Below are positions 36,101 to 47,118 of a stretch of DNA of 64,000 bases, piece after piece. The notes beneath the pieces were generated by a model. It saw only the letters and a list, made by a program, of their open reading frames with translations, was not told where the DNA came from and ran no database searches. Location of the stretch: contig JBAYJA010000003.1 of the NCBI GenBank assembly GCA_041665345.1, forward strand, positions 103,202 to 167,201, read 5' to 3'. The translations under genes and the position numbers were made by a program. Source of the stretch: Patescibacteria group bacterium. Lineage in GTDB: Bacteria; Patescibacteriota; Patescibacteriia; PEXW01. How positions within the stretch are numbered: the first letter of the stretch is position 1; every line of letters begins with the position of its first letter.

Positions 36101-36246
36101 GCTCGTTTTGCCCTGCGGTCTCCGCGCGTCCCGCTGCTGCGTGACTCGCTCCAACCATAGGGCAAAGCCTCGCTTTACCCTATGAAGCCGTACTCCCTCC
36201 CTTCGGTCGGTCCGTGCCTGCTTCATGGGGACCCCGAAAGAAAATA
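36098..36246 (+). repeat. tRNA-abutting structured repeat, copy E (starts at the CCA of the split tRNA)
   Basis: CCAGCTCGTTTTG...ggcaaagcctcgctttaccc-tatgaagc-[hairpin]-gcttcat-ggggaccccgaaagaaaa; the stem X/X' (tatgaagc/gcttcata) covaries relative to copies B and C. Confidence 0.7.
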
Positions 36247-36388
36247 GAGACAAGGTGCTCATTCAGTTGCGGGACTGCGTCTCATCACGTGAACAACAAC
36301 ACAGTATACTCGCTACAGCATGTTTTCCAGTCTGCAACAATGCAGCCATGGTGATTCATGGTTGGACTTTTGCGTCGGTTGCCCTCCC

Positions 36389-37423
36389 CTAGACTTTTCT
36401 TGTGACTAGCTTGGGTTTCTGTCCCACGTGTCCCCAGTGGCCAAACCAGCGGACGAGTTTCGACATGACGCCACCCTCTTCTAGCTTAAGGAAGAAGAGC
36501 GTGGTGGCAACATACTGGAAGGACCAGAAGATGCCCGCGAACAGGAAGAGGATGATGAGCGTGATCACCAGCGACGCATTAATGTAGTTTCCAAGGCCGC
36601 TGAGGAATCCGGCACTGTCAGAGATGAACAGGTTGACGATTGGCGGGAAGAACAGCGTTGAAAAGGCAACGACAATAACCGTGAAGATGAGGAAGAGGAT
36701 GATGGCCATCTCCACACTCGCAAGCCAGTGCTGGCGGAAGAGGTGCCAGGCATCTTTGATTGCTTGGCGAACCGTGCGGCCACGCAACGCCACGTACGCC
36801 GAGGCAAACTGCAGTAAGAAGCCCACCACCACCGCAAACGGTACGAGGATAATGAAGGTAATGATCCCCAGGGTGGTTGCCCAGATTTCTTGACCGTTAC
36901 TGAGGTACAGTGAGACTAAGGGCACGGCAATGAGCATAGCAGCACCAGTGGTCACCACACGCTGCAGAATGTTCAACCAGAAAATGGGCCAGAAGGTTCG
37001 GGCGCCATCACGAAAACTCTCCTCTGGCTGCACAATTTTTCCGCGGCGGAGTTTTTCCGTAGCGGTGATGAGTGCACCCTGGGAGAGGACAGACATCCAA
37101 ATGAAGAAAGCGAAAATGCCAATGACGATGAGTAGTGTGAGAATGTTGGCAACGGACACGGTTTTCCAGAACTGCGATACGTTATTCAGAATGAATGACA
37201 GGGTTTCTGATTGGTAGAAGATTTTTGCCTGCGCCAGGTTCTCACCCTGATTCTGAATAATTGAAAGGTTGGTAAGGAAGGAGTCAATACCACTGACCAG
37301 GGCAGAGTTCATGAGGACAGCGAAAAACCCAAAGAACCACAGGAACTTGTGGCGGCGGGCAATGCGCCACGCCTCGCGGATAGTCTGCAGGTAGATGGTT
37401 TTTTGGATGGGTTTTTCCTCCAT
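36389..37423 (-). CDS. Polytopic integral membrane protein, hypothetical
   Basis: 344 aa, at least 8 hydrophobic segments. Confidence 0.5.
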   Translation of the reverse strand: MEEKPIQKTIYLQTIREAWRIARRHKFLWFFGFFAVLMNSALVSGIDSFLTNLSIIQNQGENLAQAKIFYQSETLSFILNNVSQFWKTVSVANILTLLIVIGIFAFFIWMSVLSQGALITATEKLRRGKIVQPEESFRDGARTFWPIFWLNILQRVVTTGAAMLIAVPLVSLYLSNGQEIWATTLGIITFIILVPFAVVVGFLLQFASAYVALRGRTVRQAIKDAWHLFRQHWLASVEMAIILFLIFTVIVVAFSTLFFPPIVNLFISDSAGFLSGLGNYINASLVITLIILFLFAGIFWSFQYVATTLFFLKLEEGGVMSKLVRWFGHWGHVGQKPKLVTRKV

Positions 37424-37728
37424 GGGTAAAAGTATAGCATTTGCTGGGGTGGAAGGTAAGGGTATGGATAGCAGTATGGATGGAGGGTTAGGGTGGGACG
37501 GTGTAAAAAATTTTTCCCTAGAGCACCCTCTCTAGGGTGCGAAGATCGTTGGTCACGAATCAGGTGTAAACAGAGTTGGCCCATTGACACAAAGTTTTTT
37601 CCCGGAGGGCGCGCGGGCACAGCGGCACCGCGCTGGGGTTTGGTTTTACATTTTCGTCCTCCGTTCCTCCGAAACCAAAAACCCCACTCGGGTAGAGCGG
37701 GGCCTTGTACTTCGAATTGTACAATATC

Positions 37729-39579
37729 TTAGACAGTCACTGGAGTTGGTACTGGTTTCAGGAATGGCTTGACTAGTGCGGCAAACTCTTCTTGCTCCAA
37801 GGTTTCCTTTTCCAAAAGTTTCGCCACAATCGCATCTAAAGCTGGGCGGGACTTCTGGACAATTTTTTTGGCAGTCTCGTGACCATGCTTCAGGAATTTA
37901 TCCACAGCAGCATCAATGTTTTCCGCAACTTTTTCGGAGTAGTCACGCTGTTCGGTAATTTCCCGACCCAGGAAGATCATTTCCTCCTTGTTGCCGTAGG
38001 TGCGGCTGCCCAGCTCGCTCATGCCAAACTCTGTCACAAGCTTCCGTGCTAAGCGCGTGGCTTGCTGCAGGTCGTTCCGGGCACCCGTGGTAATGTCGCC
38101 AAAGACTTCCTGCTCCGCCACCTGTCCGGCGAGCATGACGGCCAGGTCATCAATGAACTCGGCTTTGCTGTGCAGCTTCTTCTCAAACTCTGGTAGCTTC
38201 AGCGTGTACCCAGCAGCCTGGCCACGGGAAATGATCGACACTTTGTGCACCGGGTCAGCATTCGGCAAGCTGGCAGACACCAGCGCATGCCCGGCTTCGT
38301 GTACGGCGGTGATCTTCTTCTCCTGCTCGCTCAGCACGTGGCTCTTGCGCTCCGGCCCCAGCATGACTTTCTCAATAGACTCCAGGCACTCATTCTGCCC
38401 AACCTGCTTCAAATTTCGGCGGGCAGCCAGGATCGCAGCTTCGTTTAGCAAGTTTGCCAGATCAGCCCCGGAAAAGCCCGGTGTCCGCTGCGCAACTTTT
38501 TGCAGGTTCACGTCAGGCGCCAATGGCTTCTTGCGGCTGTGGACTTTCAGAATGGCTTCCCGGCTCTTCAGGTCAGGCAGGTCCAGAATCACGCGCCGGT
38601 CAAAGCGGCCAGGGCGGAGCAAGGCGGGGTCCAGCACGTCAGGCCGGTTGGTGGCAGCAATGACAATGACATTCGTCTCCGTATCAAAGCCGTCCATTTC
38701 CACCAGAATTTGGTTGAGGGTTTGCTCGCGTTCATCATGGCTGCCGCCTAAGCCCGAACCGCGCTGGCGTGCCACGGCGTCAATTTCATCCACGAAGATA
38801 ATGCACGGGGCAGCTTTCTTGGCGCGGCGGAACAGATCCCGCACGCGGGAGGCGCCGACGCCCACAAACATTTCCACAAATTCGGAACCAGAAATGTGGA
38901 AGAAAGGCACACCCGCTTCACCTGCCACGGCTTTGGCCAGCAAGGTTTTGCCGGTGCCCGGGCTGCCAACGAGCAGCACGCCACGGGGAATTTTTGCACC
39001 CAGCGCGGTGAACTTCTTGGGGAACTTTAAAAATTCCACAACTTCCATGAGTTCGGTCTTGGCTTCTTGCGCGCCAGCCACGTCGGCAAACGTGGTGGGG
39101 ACCCGCTTCTTCTGCTGGTCTGGCTGCTCCTTGGGCCCAGTTTGGCCAAAGGACATAGCGCGGTTGTTCACGTTCTGCGCTTGGCGCATCATGAACCAGA
39201 AGAAAAAGATGAACAATGCTAAGGGCAGGAGGATTGGCAGAATGGCGCCCAGCCACACCGAGCCGCTGGATGGTTGCTTCACCTGCAAATCAATGGCGGC
39301 AATTTTCTCCGGTGCCACGTTGTAGTTTTTCAACGCCGTGGTGAAGGAATCCGCCGGCTCTTTGTAGGCCGTGCGCTTCTCGTCAGACTTCAGGGTGATG
39401 TTCAGTTTCTCCCCATCCACCTGCACTTGCTTCACCTCATCTTTTTGGATGGCCACTACCAGTTCATTCAAGGGCATGGACTTGGGTTTGCTGCTCTCAC
39501 CTCCCACAAACGAGAAGACAGAGGAGATGACCAGCAGGGCGACCACGAAAATGAGGATATTTTTGCTAAGGTTTTTCAT
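37729..39579 (-). CDS. ftsH: ATP-dependent zinc metalloprotease FtsH
   Basis: [28 protein letters not shown]; ...IDEIDAV...; zinc site HEAGHALV. Confidence 0.95.
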   Translation of the reverse strand: MKNLSKNILIFVVALLVISSVFSFVGGESSKPKSMPLNELVVAIQKDEVKQVQVDGEKLNITLKSDEKRTAYKEPADSFTTALKNYNVAPEKIAAIDLQVKQPSSGSVWLGAILPILLPLALFIFFFWFMMRQAQNVNNRAMSFGQTGPKEQPDQQKKRVPTTFADVAGAQEAKTELMEVVEFLKFPKKFTALGAKIPRGVLLVGSPGTGKTLLAKAVAGEAGVPFFHISGSEFVEMFVGVGASRVRDLFRRAKKAAPCIIFVDEIDAVARQRGSGLGGSHDEREQTLNQILVEMDGFDTETNVIVIAATNRPDVLDPALLRPGRFDRRVILDLPDLKSREAILKVHSRKKPLAPDVNLQKVAQRTPGFSGADLANLLNEAAILAARRNLKQVGQNECLESIEKVMLGPERKSHVLSEQEKKITAVHEAGHALVSASLPNADPVHKVSIISRGQAAGYTLKLPEFEKKLHSKAEFIDDLAVMLAGQVAEQEVFGDITTGARNDLQQATRLARKLVTEFGMSELGSRTYGNKEEMIFLGREITEQRDYSEKVAENIDAAVDKFLKHGHETAKKIVQKSRPALDAIVAKLLEKETLEQEEFAALVKPFLKPVPTPVTV

Positions 39580-39628
39580 AGAAAGGTTGCGTCAGTATGG
39601 TAAATCAGCCGGGGTAGGTAAACTTTCC

Positions 39629-40840
39629 CTACTCTGCTTTTTCTTCAGTCACTGCTTCGGCTGGCGCTGCTGTTTTTTCGGTCTCAGACTTGTCTTCGGT
39701 GTCGTCTGTTTTTTCTTCATCCGCTTTCTTTCCTTCTGGTTCTGGTAGCAGAGCCTTCATGGACAACCCCAAGCGGTGCTGGGTGGGATCAAAGGAAATC
39801 ACTTTGAATTCTTTTACGTCGCCTGGGCGGACAATTTCACCGGGATCCTTCACCCGGTCATGTGAGAGTTCAGAAATGTGGCAGAGGCCGTGGACAATGT
39901 CATCCAGTTCCACGAAGGCGCCAAAGGTGTTCAAGCGGGCAACCTTCCCTTTCACCGTGTCGCCAACTTTGTAGCGCTCGGCGGCTTGGGCCCACGGGTC
40001 ATCCTGCAAACGTTTGAAGGAGAGGGAAATCTTTGCACCATCAATGCCAATAATCATTGCCTTGGCATCGTCGCCAATGTGGAAGACGCCTTTGGGATTA
40101 TCAATACGCTGCCAGGCGAGTTCGGAAATGTGCACCAAGCCTTCCAGTCCGTCACCAAAACCCACGAAGACGCCGAAGTCCACCACGCCGGTAATTTTCC
40201 CTTCCACAATTTGGTTCAGCTGGAATTGCTTCAGCGTTTCCACGCGCTGCTCTTCCCAGGCAGCTTTTTCCGAGACAATGAGCTTGCTGGCTTCTTCATC
40301 AATATCCAAGACCTTCACGGCAAAAGATTGGCCAATGAATTTATTCAGGAGTTCCAAAATGCGGGATTTGTCGCCGCCTTCCACGCGGGGGTAGTGTTCG
40401 GGCGTGAGCTGGGACACGGGCAAGAAGCCGTCAATGCGGCCAAGTTTCACCATGAGTCCACCTTTGTTGGCAGCAACCACCACCACATCCACGGGTTTGC
40501 GCTCACTGAGGATGGCATCCAATTCGCCCCAGGCTTTCTCATGCCCGGCCAAGCGGAAGGAGAGTTCCATTTCTCCATTCTCATTTTCCATGTCTAACAC
40601 CGTTGCTTGGGCACGATCCCCAACTTTTAAGGTTGCGGTTTCACCAGATTCATCCACCAACTCTTTCCCCCGGATAATCCCGGTGGTAATCCCGTCAATG
40701 TCCAGGTGGACTTCAGATTTGGATAGCGCAATAACCGTCCCTTCCACCACATCCCCTACTTTGGGCAGGGTGGGCTGGTTTGGGGATTCCAGGAGCGAGG
40801 CAAACGCGGCTGACGTATGTTGATCGGTCATAGAGAACAA
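39629..40840 (-). CDS. rpsA: 30S ribosomal protein S1 (short form, four S1 domains, acidic C-tail)
   Basis: Repeated S1 OB-folds (GDVVEGTV..., GDRAQATVL..., IVEGKITGV..., GDTVKGKVARL...). Confidence 0.75.
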   Translation of the reverse strand: MFSMTDQHTSAAFASLLESPNQPTLPKVGDVVEGTVIALSKSEVHLDIDGITTGIIRGKELVDESGETATLKVGDRAQATVLDMENENGEMELSFRLAGHEKAWGELDAILSERKPVDVVVVAANKGGLMVKLGRIDGFLPVSQLTPEHYPRVEGGDKSRILELLNKFIGQSFAVKVLDIDEEASKLIVSEKAAWEEQRVETLKQFQLNQIVEGKITGVVDFGVFVGFGDGLEGLVHISELAWQRIDNPKGVFHIGDDAKAMIIGIDGAKISLSFKRLQDDPWAQAAERYKVGDTVKGKVARLNTFGAFVELDDIVHGLCHISELSHDRVKDPGEIVRPGDVKEFKVISFDPTQHRLGLSMKALLPEPEGKKADEEKTDDTEDKSETEKTAAPAEAVTEEKAE

Positions 40841-41003
40841 AAAAAATGCTTAACCACGCTCCAGCAAAGCTTGCTGGACGGGCTCGCAGCGCACGCTAGC
40901 GCCACGATTGCGGATGCGTAAGGAATAGGAATGAGCTTTTTGAGAGTACGCTGCTTTGGAAATCTTTGCAAGAATTGACAGAAGTGTATTTTTTTGGTAT
41001 AGT

Positions 41004-41882
41004 ATGGACATGGCAAAGATCTCTGGAATCAAAACCGATCTCCTCCTCCGCAATGCGCAACGGCTGGTTTCGCCTATCACCAGTAAGTACGGGGACAAGC
41101 CAATTTCGGCCATGAAGTTCAAAAAATTGATGGAACATGCGGATGTGGAGCATATTGAGAAGGTGCGTTTTCAAAAAACGGTTACCACCCACCAAGCCAA
41201 GAAGTTTCTGGGCTCGTTCTTGAAGCATATTCAGGAGCATCCTCAATATAAAGTTTCTGGGTTCGCCAAAGAAATGGTGCACGCCAAGTTGCACCAGGGG
41301 GATCACGCCATTCAGAATTTTGATCCCAAAATGCTGGGCGAACATGGCTTGGAGTACTTACGAGAAGAGCAGGCGAAAGAAACGCAGACTACGGGACCGT
41401 CCCTAGAAGAGAAGCAGCGCCTGGAACGCCGGCAAGCGGCAATCAAGAATTTGAACATACGCCACAGCGCAGAAGAACGAGACAAACTTACCTCCGTGGT
41501 TCCCAAAGATGTGGTTGGTTCGGCGAATGCTGCCAAAGCACAGAGCTCCGTCTTTGGTGATACGAAAACTGCTGGTACAGTGAATCCAGGTTCCACAAAA
41601 GCCGTTCCAGGAAATACGACAACGGGCGCGCCTCGGCCAGTGCAACTGGGTGGAGGTATGGCTTCACAGTTGGGTCACCAACAGCAGGAGAAAGCCACGG
41701 TGGTGCCAGTCTTTGGCGTGACGCAGGCAAAAGCCTCTGCTGACCCCGGGAAACCGGTTGCTGAAGATAATTTCCAAGCGTTGGTGCAAGCAGAAGCAGC
41801 GGCAAAGGCGGGGAATGTCAAGGCTGAGGATGACCTGCCGAACACGGATGATGTGGATACGAATTTGCCGCTCGCTGCCTGA
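41004..41882 (+). CDS. Hypothetical protein with low-complexity C-terminus
   Basis: ATG at 41004/41010 sits directly after a TTGACA(40975)-17 nt-TATAGT(40998) pair, suggesting a leaderless or very short-leader mRNA; the ORF track start at 40956 would read through the promoter. Confidence 0.45.
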   Translation: MDMAKISGIKTDLLLRNAQRLVSPITSKYGDKPISAMKFKKLMEHADVEHIEKVRFQKTVTTHQAKKFLGSFLKHIQEHPQYKVSGFAKEMVHAKLHQGDHAIQNFDPKMLGEHGLEYLREEQAKETQTTGPSLEEKQRLERRQAAIKNLNIRHSAEERDKLTSVVPKDVVGSANAAKAQSSVFGDTKTAGTVNPGSTKAVPGNTTTGAPRPVQLGGGMASQLGHQQQEKATVVPVFGVTQAKASADPGKPVAEDNFQALVQAEAAAKAGNVKAEDDLPNTDDVDTNLPLAA

Positions 41883-41972
41883 AAAATGCCCTTGATTCCA
41901 GAGCGTTTCCTTGCTACGCTGCAGAGGACGGCGAGCGTTTTTCTCGTCCTTCCTTGAACCGAAAAAATCCCC

Positions 41973-42623
41973 ATGATCATCACTTGGCTTGGTCACTCCT
42001 GCTTCAAAATCCAAACCGCAAACGCCATTGTCCTCATTGACCCCTACGAGCCTGGGGTGGGCTTGAAATTGCCCAAAGTCACGCCAGATTTTGTACTCAT
42101 CACCCACGACCATGCTGACCACAATTACCTGCAAGGCGTCAGTGGCTCGCCCTTTGTGGCCAAGGGTCCAGGCGAGTATGAAGTGCGTGGGGTGTTTGCC
42201 CAAGGTGTGGCGGGTTTCCACGATGCCACGCAGGGCACGGAGCGCGGGGGCATTACCATGTACCGGCTGGAAGCAGATGATTTGAAGTTGGCGCACCTGG
42301 GTGATCTTGGCCAACCCAAACTCACAGACGAGCAGTTTGAACAGCTCAACGGTGTGGACATTCTCTTCATCCCCGTGGGCGGGTTCTACACCATTGACGC
42401 CAAGGCGGCCTCGGATATCATCACCCAGCTGGAACCCCGGATTGTCATTCCCATGCACTACCTGGTGCACGGCATGGACAAGAAGCGCTTCCCCATTGCC
42501 GGCGTGGACGCATTTATTAAAGTCATGGGCGTGAAGAGCGAACCAACGGATAAGCTGAAAATTGTGAAAAAAGATTTACCGCAGGAAGAAACCCAAGTGG
42601 TCATTCTCAAACCAGACGCGTAA
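41973..42623 (+). CDS. MBL-fold metallo-hydrolase (UPF0173-like)
   Basis: ITWLGHSCF...VLITHDHADHNY. Confidence 0.75.
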   Translation: MIITWLGHSCFKIQTANAIVLIDPYEPGVGLKLPKVTPDFVLITHDHADHNYLQGVSGSPFVAKGPGEYEVRGVFAQGVAGFHDATQGTERGGITMYRLEADDLKLAHLGDLGQPKLTDEQFEQLNGVDILFIPVGGFYTIDAKAASDIITQLEPRIVIPMHYLVHGMDKKRFPIAGVDAFIKVMGVKSEPTDKLKIVKKDLPQEETQVVILKPDA

Positions 42624-42626
42624 GGT

Positions 42627-43031
42627 ATGCCCTCCCTCGACGCTATTACCCCAAACCCGAAGCGCCGGAAGCAGGCACCACGCGTGCGCGGCATGGCGGC
42701 TCCGTTGAGCCCCGAGGAAATGCAGCGTCGCCGCAAGCTGGTGTTCTGGTCTGTGGGTATTGTGACCGGTCTCATTGTCTTCCTGTGGATTGTCACCCTC
42801 CCTTCGGTGCTGGAATCGCAGAAGGGTTCCAGCCCGGCTTTTGGAAAATTCTCGGAGCAGGTGCGCAACCTGTTCAAGTTTGGGAAGGATGACCCCCGAG
42901 ATTCTATTAAAAATATCAATCCAAACAGCCCCACCCCAGAGCAGGTGCAGCAGCTCCGTGAGGCAATTTTCCCTGCTGCAAATACGAATTCCGCCAATGT
43001 AAATAGCCAGACGAATACCAATGCCTCCTAA
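42627..43031 (+). CDS. Hypothetical single-TM protein
   Basis: [22 protein letters not shown]; overlaps the gyrA start by 11 nt. Confidence 0.4.
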   Translation: MPSLDAITPNPKRRKQAPRVRGMAAPLSPEEMQRRRKLVFWSVGIVTGLIVFLWIVTLPSVLESQKGSSPAFGKFSEQVRNLFKFGKDDPRDSIKNINPNSPTPEQVQQLREAIFPAANTNSANVNSQTNTNAS

Positions 43032-45525
43032 GCCTAAGCCTAAGTCCAGCCCAGCCTCAAAGCCCGTACAACCCACGCTTAGCCTCAACACTGGCCAGCT
43101 TCGTGCCCGGCCAATTGTGGAGGAAATGCAAACGTCGTACTTGGATTACGCCATGTCCGTCATTGTGGCGCGCGCGTTGCCGGACGTGCGGGACGGACTG
43201 AAGCCCGTGCACCGGCGCATTCTCTACGCCATGAAAGACCTGGGACTCACGCACGCGGCCAAGTACCGCAAGTCGGCCACCGTGGTTGGTGAAGTGCTGG
43301 GTAAGTATCACCCACATGGTGACGTGGCTGTGTACGATTCGATGGTGCGTTTGGCGCAGGACTTTGCCATGCGCTATCCATTGGTGGACGGCCAAGGGAA
43401 CTTTGGTTCCATGGACGGTGACTCTGCTGCGGCCATGCGCTACACCGAAGCGCGCTTGGAGAAGATCAGCCAAGAGATGCTGCGGGACATTGAGAAGAAC
43501 ACTGTAGACTTCATTCCAAATTATGACGGCAGCCGGCAAGAGCCAACCGTGCTTCCGGCCGCGCTCCCCAACCTCCTGCTCAACGGCGCCGTGGGTATTG
43601 CCGTGGGTATGGCCACGTCCATTCCTCCGCACAACCTGCGGGAGCTCTGCGATGCGATTGTCCACCTGATTGCTGAACCTGAGGCGACGGTGGATGACCT
43701 GATGAAGTTCGTCACTGGTCCCGACTTCCCCACCGGCGGGACGATTTTTGACCGGAAAGAAATTGAAGCCGCCTACACCACGGGTAAGGGCGCCATTGTG
43801 ATCCGCGCCAAGACCGACATTGTGGAAGCGAAGAATGGCAGCTACCACATTATCGTTACGGAAGTTCCCTACCAGGTGAACAAGTCCAGCTTGCTGGAGC
43901 ACATTGCCGACTTGGTGCGGGACAAGAAGCTGGAAGGCATTCGGGATTTGCGTGATGAGTCAGACAAAGACGGCGTGCGCGTGGTTATTGAACTGAAGAA
44001 AGACGCCTACCCCAAGAAGGTGCTGAACCGGCTGTACGACATGACGGATTTGCAAACCACGTTCCATGTGAATTTGCTGGCCTTGGTGGATGGCATTCAG
44101 CCGCGCGTGCTGCACCTGAAGGGCGTGCTGGAAGAGTACATCAAGCACCGCGTGGTGGTGATTCGTCGCCGCACGCAGTACGACTTGGACCGGACCAAAG
44201 AGCGCGTCCACATTCTCAAAGGTTTGAAGATTGCCGTGGACAATATTGACGCGGTCATCCGCTTGATCAAGAAGTCCAAAGATAAAGATGAGGCTCGGGT
44301 GAACCTCATGAAGCAGTTCAAGCTCAGTGAGATTCAGGCCGTGGCGATTTTGGAAATGCGCTTGCAGCAGTTGGCCAACCTGGAGCGCCTGAAGATTGAG
44401 CAAGAGCTGAAAGAGAAGCTGCAGCTCATCAAAGAGCTGGAAGCCTTGCTGGCCAGCCCCAAGCGCATCCGCGGCGTCATTTCCAAAGAGGTGACGGAGA
44501 TTCGGGAACTGTACGGGGATGACCGCCGCACGGTGGTGAACCCCAACCCGGTGGGTGAGTTCCGGCAAGAAGATCTTATTCCCAACGAAGCCACGGTGAT
44601 CATGCTTACCCGCGATGGGTACATCAAGCGGGTGGAGCCGGAGTCTTTCAAGACCCAAGGCCGGGGTGGCAAAGGCGTCATTGGTTTGACCACGAAGGAA
44701 GAAGACAGCGTGGAACAGCTGTTCGCTACCATGACCCATGCGGATCTGCTGTTCTTCACCACCCGCGGCCGTGTGTTCCAGCTGAAGGCCTACGATGTGC
44801 CACAGGCTTCCCGTACGGCCAAAGGCCAAGCCGTAGTGAACTTCCTGCAGCTGGGGCCTGACGAGAAAGTCTCCGCAGTCCTCTCCCTGGCGGAAATTGC
44901 TGAAGAGAAATACCTCATCATGCTCACCCGCCAAGGCACTATTAAGAAAACCGAACTTATTGCCTTCAAAGACGTGCGTCGCTCTGGGCTCATTGCCGTC
45001 AAACTCAAGCCCGAAGATAGGCTGGAGTGGGTGAAGCCCAGCAGTGGCAAGGATGACATCATCTTGGTCTCCGTGAATGGCCAGAGCATCCGCTTTGCGG
45101 AAAAGTCCGTCCGCCCCATGGGCCGTACCGCTGGTGGCGTGCGCGGTATGAACCTAAAGCGCGGTGACATGGTTGCGGGCATGGACATTATTCCCGAAGG
45201 CAAAGCCGGCACCAACGAGCAGCTCCTAGTGATCATGGGCGCAGGCTACGGCAAGCGCACGAACCTGAAGGAGTACCGCATCCAGGGCCGCGGCGGTTCC
45301 GGCATCAAGACTGCCAAGATTACCGAGAAGACCGGGAAGATTGTTTCTGCCTTCATTGTGAATGCCAAGCGCGAGCAAGAAGACGTGGTCATCATTTCTG
45401 AAAAAGGTCAGGTCATTCGTTTGCCGCTGAAGCAAGTTTCTGTCCTGGGCCGCGACACGCAGGGTGTGCGCCTGATGCGCTTCAAAGAGGTGAAGGACAG
45501 CGTGGCCTCAGTTACCTTTGTATAA
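43021..45525 (+). CDS. gyrA: DNA gyrase subunit A
   Basis: [29 protein letters not shown]; 834 aa; followed by terminator agcccgggtcccctgacccgggcttt. Confidence 0.95.
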   Translation: MPPKPKPKSSPASKPVQPTLSLNTGQLRARPIVEEMQTSYLDYAMSVIVARALPDVRDGLKPVHRRILYAMKDLGLTHAAKYRKSATVVGEVLGKYHPHGDVAVYDSMVRLAQDFAMRYPLVDGQGNFGSMDGDSAAAMRYTEARLEKISQEMLRDIEKNTVDFIPNYDGSRQEPTVLPAALPNLLLNGAVGIAVGMATSIPPHNLRELCDAIVHLIAEPEATVDDLMKFVTGPDFPTGGTIFDRKEIEAAYTTGKGAIVIRAKTDIVEAKNGSYHIIVTEVPYQVNKSSLLEHIADLVRDKKLEGIRDLRDESDKDGVRVVIELKKDAYPKKVLNRLYDMTDLQTTFHVNLLALVDGIQPRVLHLKGVLEEYIKHRVVVIRRRTQYDLDRTKERVHILKGLKIAVDNIDAVIRLIKKSKDKDEARVNLMKQFKLSEIQAVAILEMRLQQLANLERLKIEQELKEKLQLIKELEALLASPKRIRGVISKEVTEIRELYGDDRRTVVNPNPVGEFRQEDLIPNEATVIMLTRDGYIKRVEPESFKTQGRGGKGVIGLTTKEEDSVEQLFATMTHADLLFFTTRGRVFQLKAYDVPQASRTAKGQAVVNFLQLGPDEKVSAVLSLAEIAEEKYLIMLTRQGTIKKTELIAFKDVRRSGLIAVKLKPEDRLEWVKPSSGKDDIILVSVNGQSIRFAEKSVRPMGRTAGGVRGMNLKRGDMVAGMDIIPEGKAGTNEQLLVIMGAGYGKRTNLKEYRIQGRGGSGIKTAKITEKTGKIVSAFIVNAKREQEDVVIISEKGQVIRLPLKQVSVLGRDTQGVRLMRFKEVKDSVASVTFV

Positions 45526-45638
45526 TTTTTCGAAATGACCAACGTGGGTAGCCCGGGTCCCCTGACCCGGGCTTTGGTTTTGCAGTGACTTTATGAAAAT
45601 GAAAAAAAGCCCCTCGTTGTGTGACGAGGGGTGTTTGT

Positions 45639-45992
45639 TTAGTCTTTCCGAGCGCTTGGTGGTAGCCCAAGCACTTGTCGGTAGGTCTCAATGGTGGGTA
45701 GCTGTTGTAGCTCGTTTTCATCCCCGCTGGAGATGAATACATGGCCAAGTGCAGCATCCACCGATCGGGGTGAGAAAATGAGATCCGTGGGAACCGGTCC
45801 TTCCAGGCTCATTAGTATTTCCACCGGGATTTTAAAAAAGTGTCTTGCAACATCGCAGACTAAGAAACGATGCTCGGGAGGAGTGTTGCGGAGGACTTTC
45901 AACTCACCTTTTTTCTCCCCAGTACAGCGTGGGCATTCCATGGGAACCTCGTATGGCAAATGTGCATTTTCAATTTCAATGCGTTCCGCCAA
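45639..45992 (-). CDS. Hypothetical zinc-ribbon protein
   Basis: CPRCTG...; terminator cccctcgtcacacaacgagggg-ttttttt on the minus strand. Confidence 0.4.
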   Translation of the reverse strand: MAERIEIENAHLPYEVPMECPRCTGEKKGELKVLRNTPPEHRFLVCDVARHFFKIPVEILMSLEGPVPTDLIFSPRSVDAALGHVFISSGDENELQQLPTIETYRQVLGLPPSARKD

Positions 45993-46015
45993 CCTTACCT
46001 TGGCGCTACAGTGCT

Positions 46016-46064
46016 GTCAATAAAAAGACCCGCCTCCAGATTGGGGGCGGGTAAAAGTACCTTA
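46016..46064 (-). terminator. Terminator-bearing 49-bp repeat (copy 1), downstream of ORF 46062..47054
   Basis: gtcaataaaaagacccgcctccagattgggggcgggtaaaagtacctta; on the minus strand a hairpin then a T-run; near-identical to 47119..47167. Confidence 0.7.
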
Positions 46065-47054
46065 GAATTTTGCGTAGTACTGTTCTGAGCATTCCCAAGC
46101 CAAACGGACAGCTTCTTTTTCATCCGGGAAGTCGCCGAATTGGTCCAGAATTGCAACCAGCTCTGTGTTATTCGACGGTTGCGATTGCGCATTGGTCACA
46201 TACAGAACAGGTTCAGCCCAGTCCACTTCCCGCGCTTCTCGTTTCGGCTTGTCAAAATGAATGGTCAGTGCCTCAGGGGTTGCGGCAATGCATGGCTGTA
46301 AGCCGCACTGTTTGAGTTTAATAAGTTTCTGCGCAAATCCGATAGGTGGTTTTGGCAGCTGCACTTGGTAGCTGAACTGCTTTTGCTCTCTATCCCGCTT
46401 TTCGTCAATATGCCAGGGCCAAACATCTTGGAGTGCCATAAGAAATCTTCTGGACGTCATCTTCATGTTGAGAGAGATGATTTTCAGAACGATTGACGTT
46501 AGTATGCCAACGCCAGCGACAATAATACAAACCCCGGTGACTGTTGGGCTATCGTTGAAAAGAGCAATACAGCCAACGATAAGCGCAATTACCCACAGGA
46601 CGATAGTAAATACACGCGTTCCATGAATGTGGCCTGACCATTCGTCATTGACGTAAGTTCTGGATTCCCCGTCCAAATGTTCAAAGCGCCAGAGATTGCA
46701 CTTTATGCAGAAGTTCTTCCATAGCTCTGCCGGAATAACGGCAATGGGGGTATACCCTGTAGTGTTTCTCACTTTATCTTCAAAAGTTTGGACCTCCCGC
46801 GCCTCGGCTTGTAGTTGACCTTGGGTCACGGAATTTTTCCTTTCAGCTGCTTTCAGCTCATCTTTCCCACACGGAATATCAACTTCACAGCCGGCAATAA
46901 TCTCCTGCCGGAATTTGTCTTCGTCGTGCGTGGTTTTTAGCGAGGCTTCGATTTCCCCGAGCTGTTGCTCCAGGAGTAGTCCCCGTTTGTTTCGATTCGT
47001 TTGCGCGCCAACTGACAGCACCTCAATAGGCTTGCGTGTTTCTGTGTTTTGCAT
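46062..47054 (-). CDS. Hypothetical 2-TM membrane protein
   Basis: 330 aa; flanked by the two copies of the 49-bp terminator repeat. Confidence 0.45.
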   Translation of the reverse strand: MQNTETRKPIEVLSVGAQTNRNKRGLLLEQQLGEIEASLKTTHDEDKFRQEIIAGCEVDIPCGKDELKAAERKNSVTQGQLQAEAREVQTFEDKVRNTTGYTPIAVIPAELWKNFCIKCNLWRFEHLDGESRTYVNDEWSGHIHGTRVFTIVLWVIALIVGCIALFNDSPTVTGVCIIVAGVGILTSIVLKIISLNMKMTSRRFLMALQDVWPWHIDEKRDREQKQFSYQVQLPKPPIGFAQKLIKLKQCGLQPCIAATPEALTIHFDKPKREAREVDWAEPVLYVTNAQSQPSNNTELVAILDQFGDFPDEKEAVRLAWECSEQYYAKF

Positions 47055-47118
47055 GTTTTACCTCCAAATGTTAAAGTTCTTTTTGATTCAAGATACTATA
47101 ACGCTGGCAATGATTCGT

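Noticed and set aside
1805-36246. CRISPR array interpretation of the recurring structured repeats
   Set aside because: Copies are dispersed over 35 kb, 140-200 nt long, on both strands, and not separated by spacer-sized unique segments.
38000-39325. 441-aa ORF antisense to ftsH, and similar long antisense ORFs (e.g. 3011..3673, 9502..10485, 30038..30778, 52323..53939, 53672..54553)
   Set aside because: Antisense to strongly supported genes in moderately GC-rich DNA; low-complexity Ser/Arg/Ala-rich translations; no SD.
39629-40840. Calling the 403-aa S1-repeat protein a generic RNA-binding protein rather than rpsA
   Set aside because: Four consecutive S1 domains plus an acidic tail, adjacent to ftsH. 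Fits a short-form ribosomal protein S1, but homolog assignment is left at 0.75 because short S1 proteins vary.
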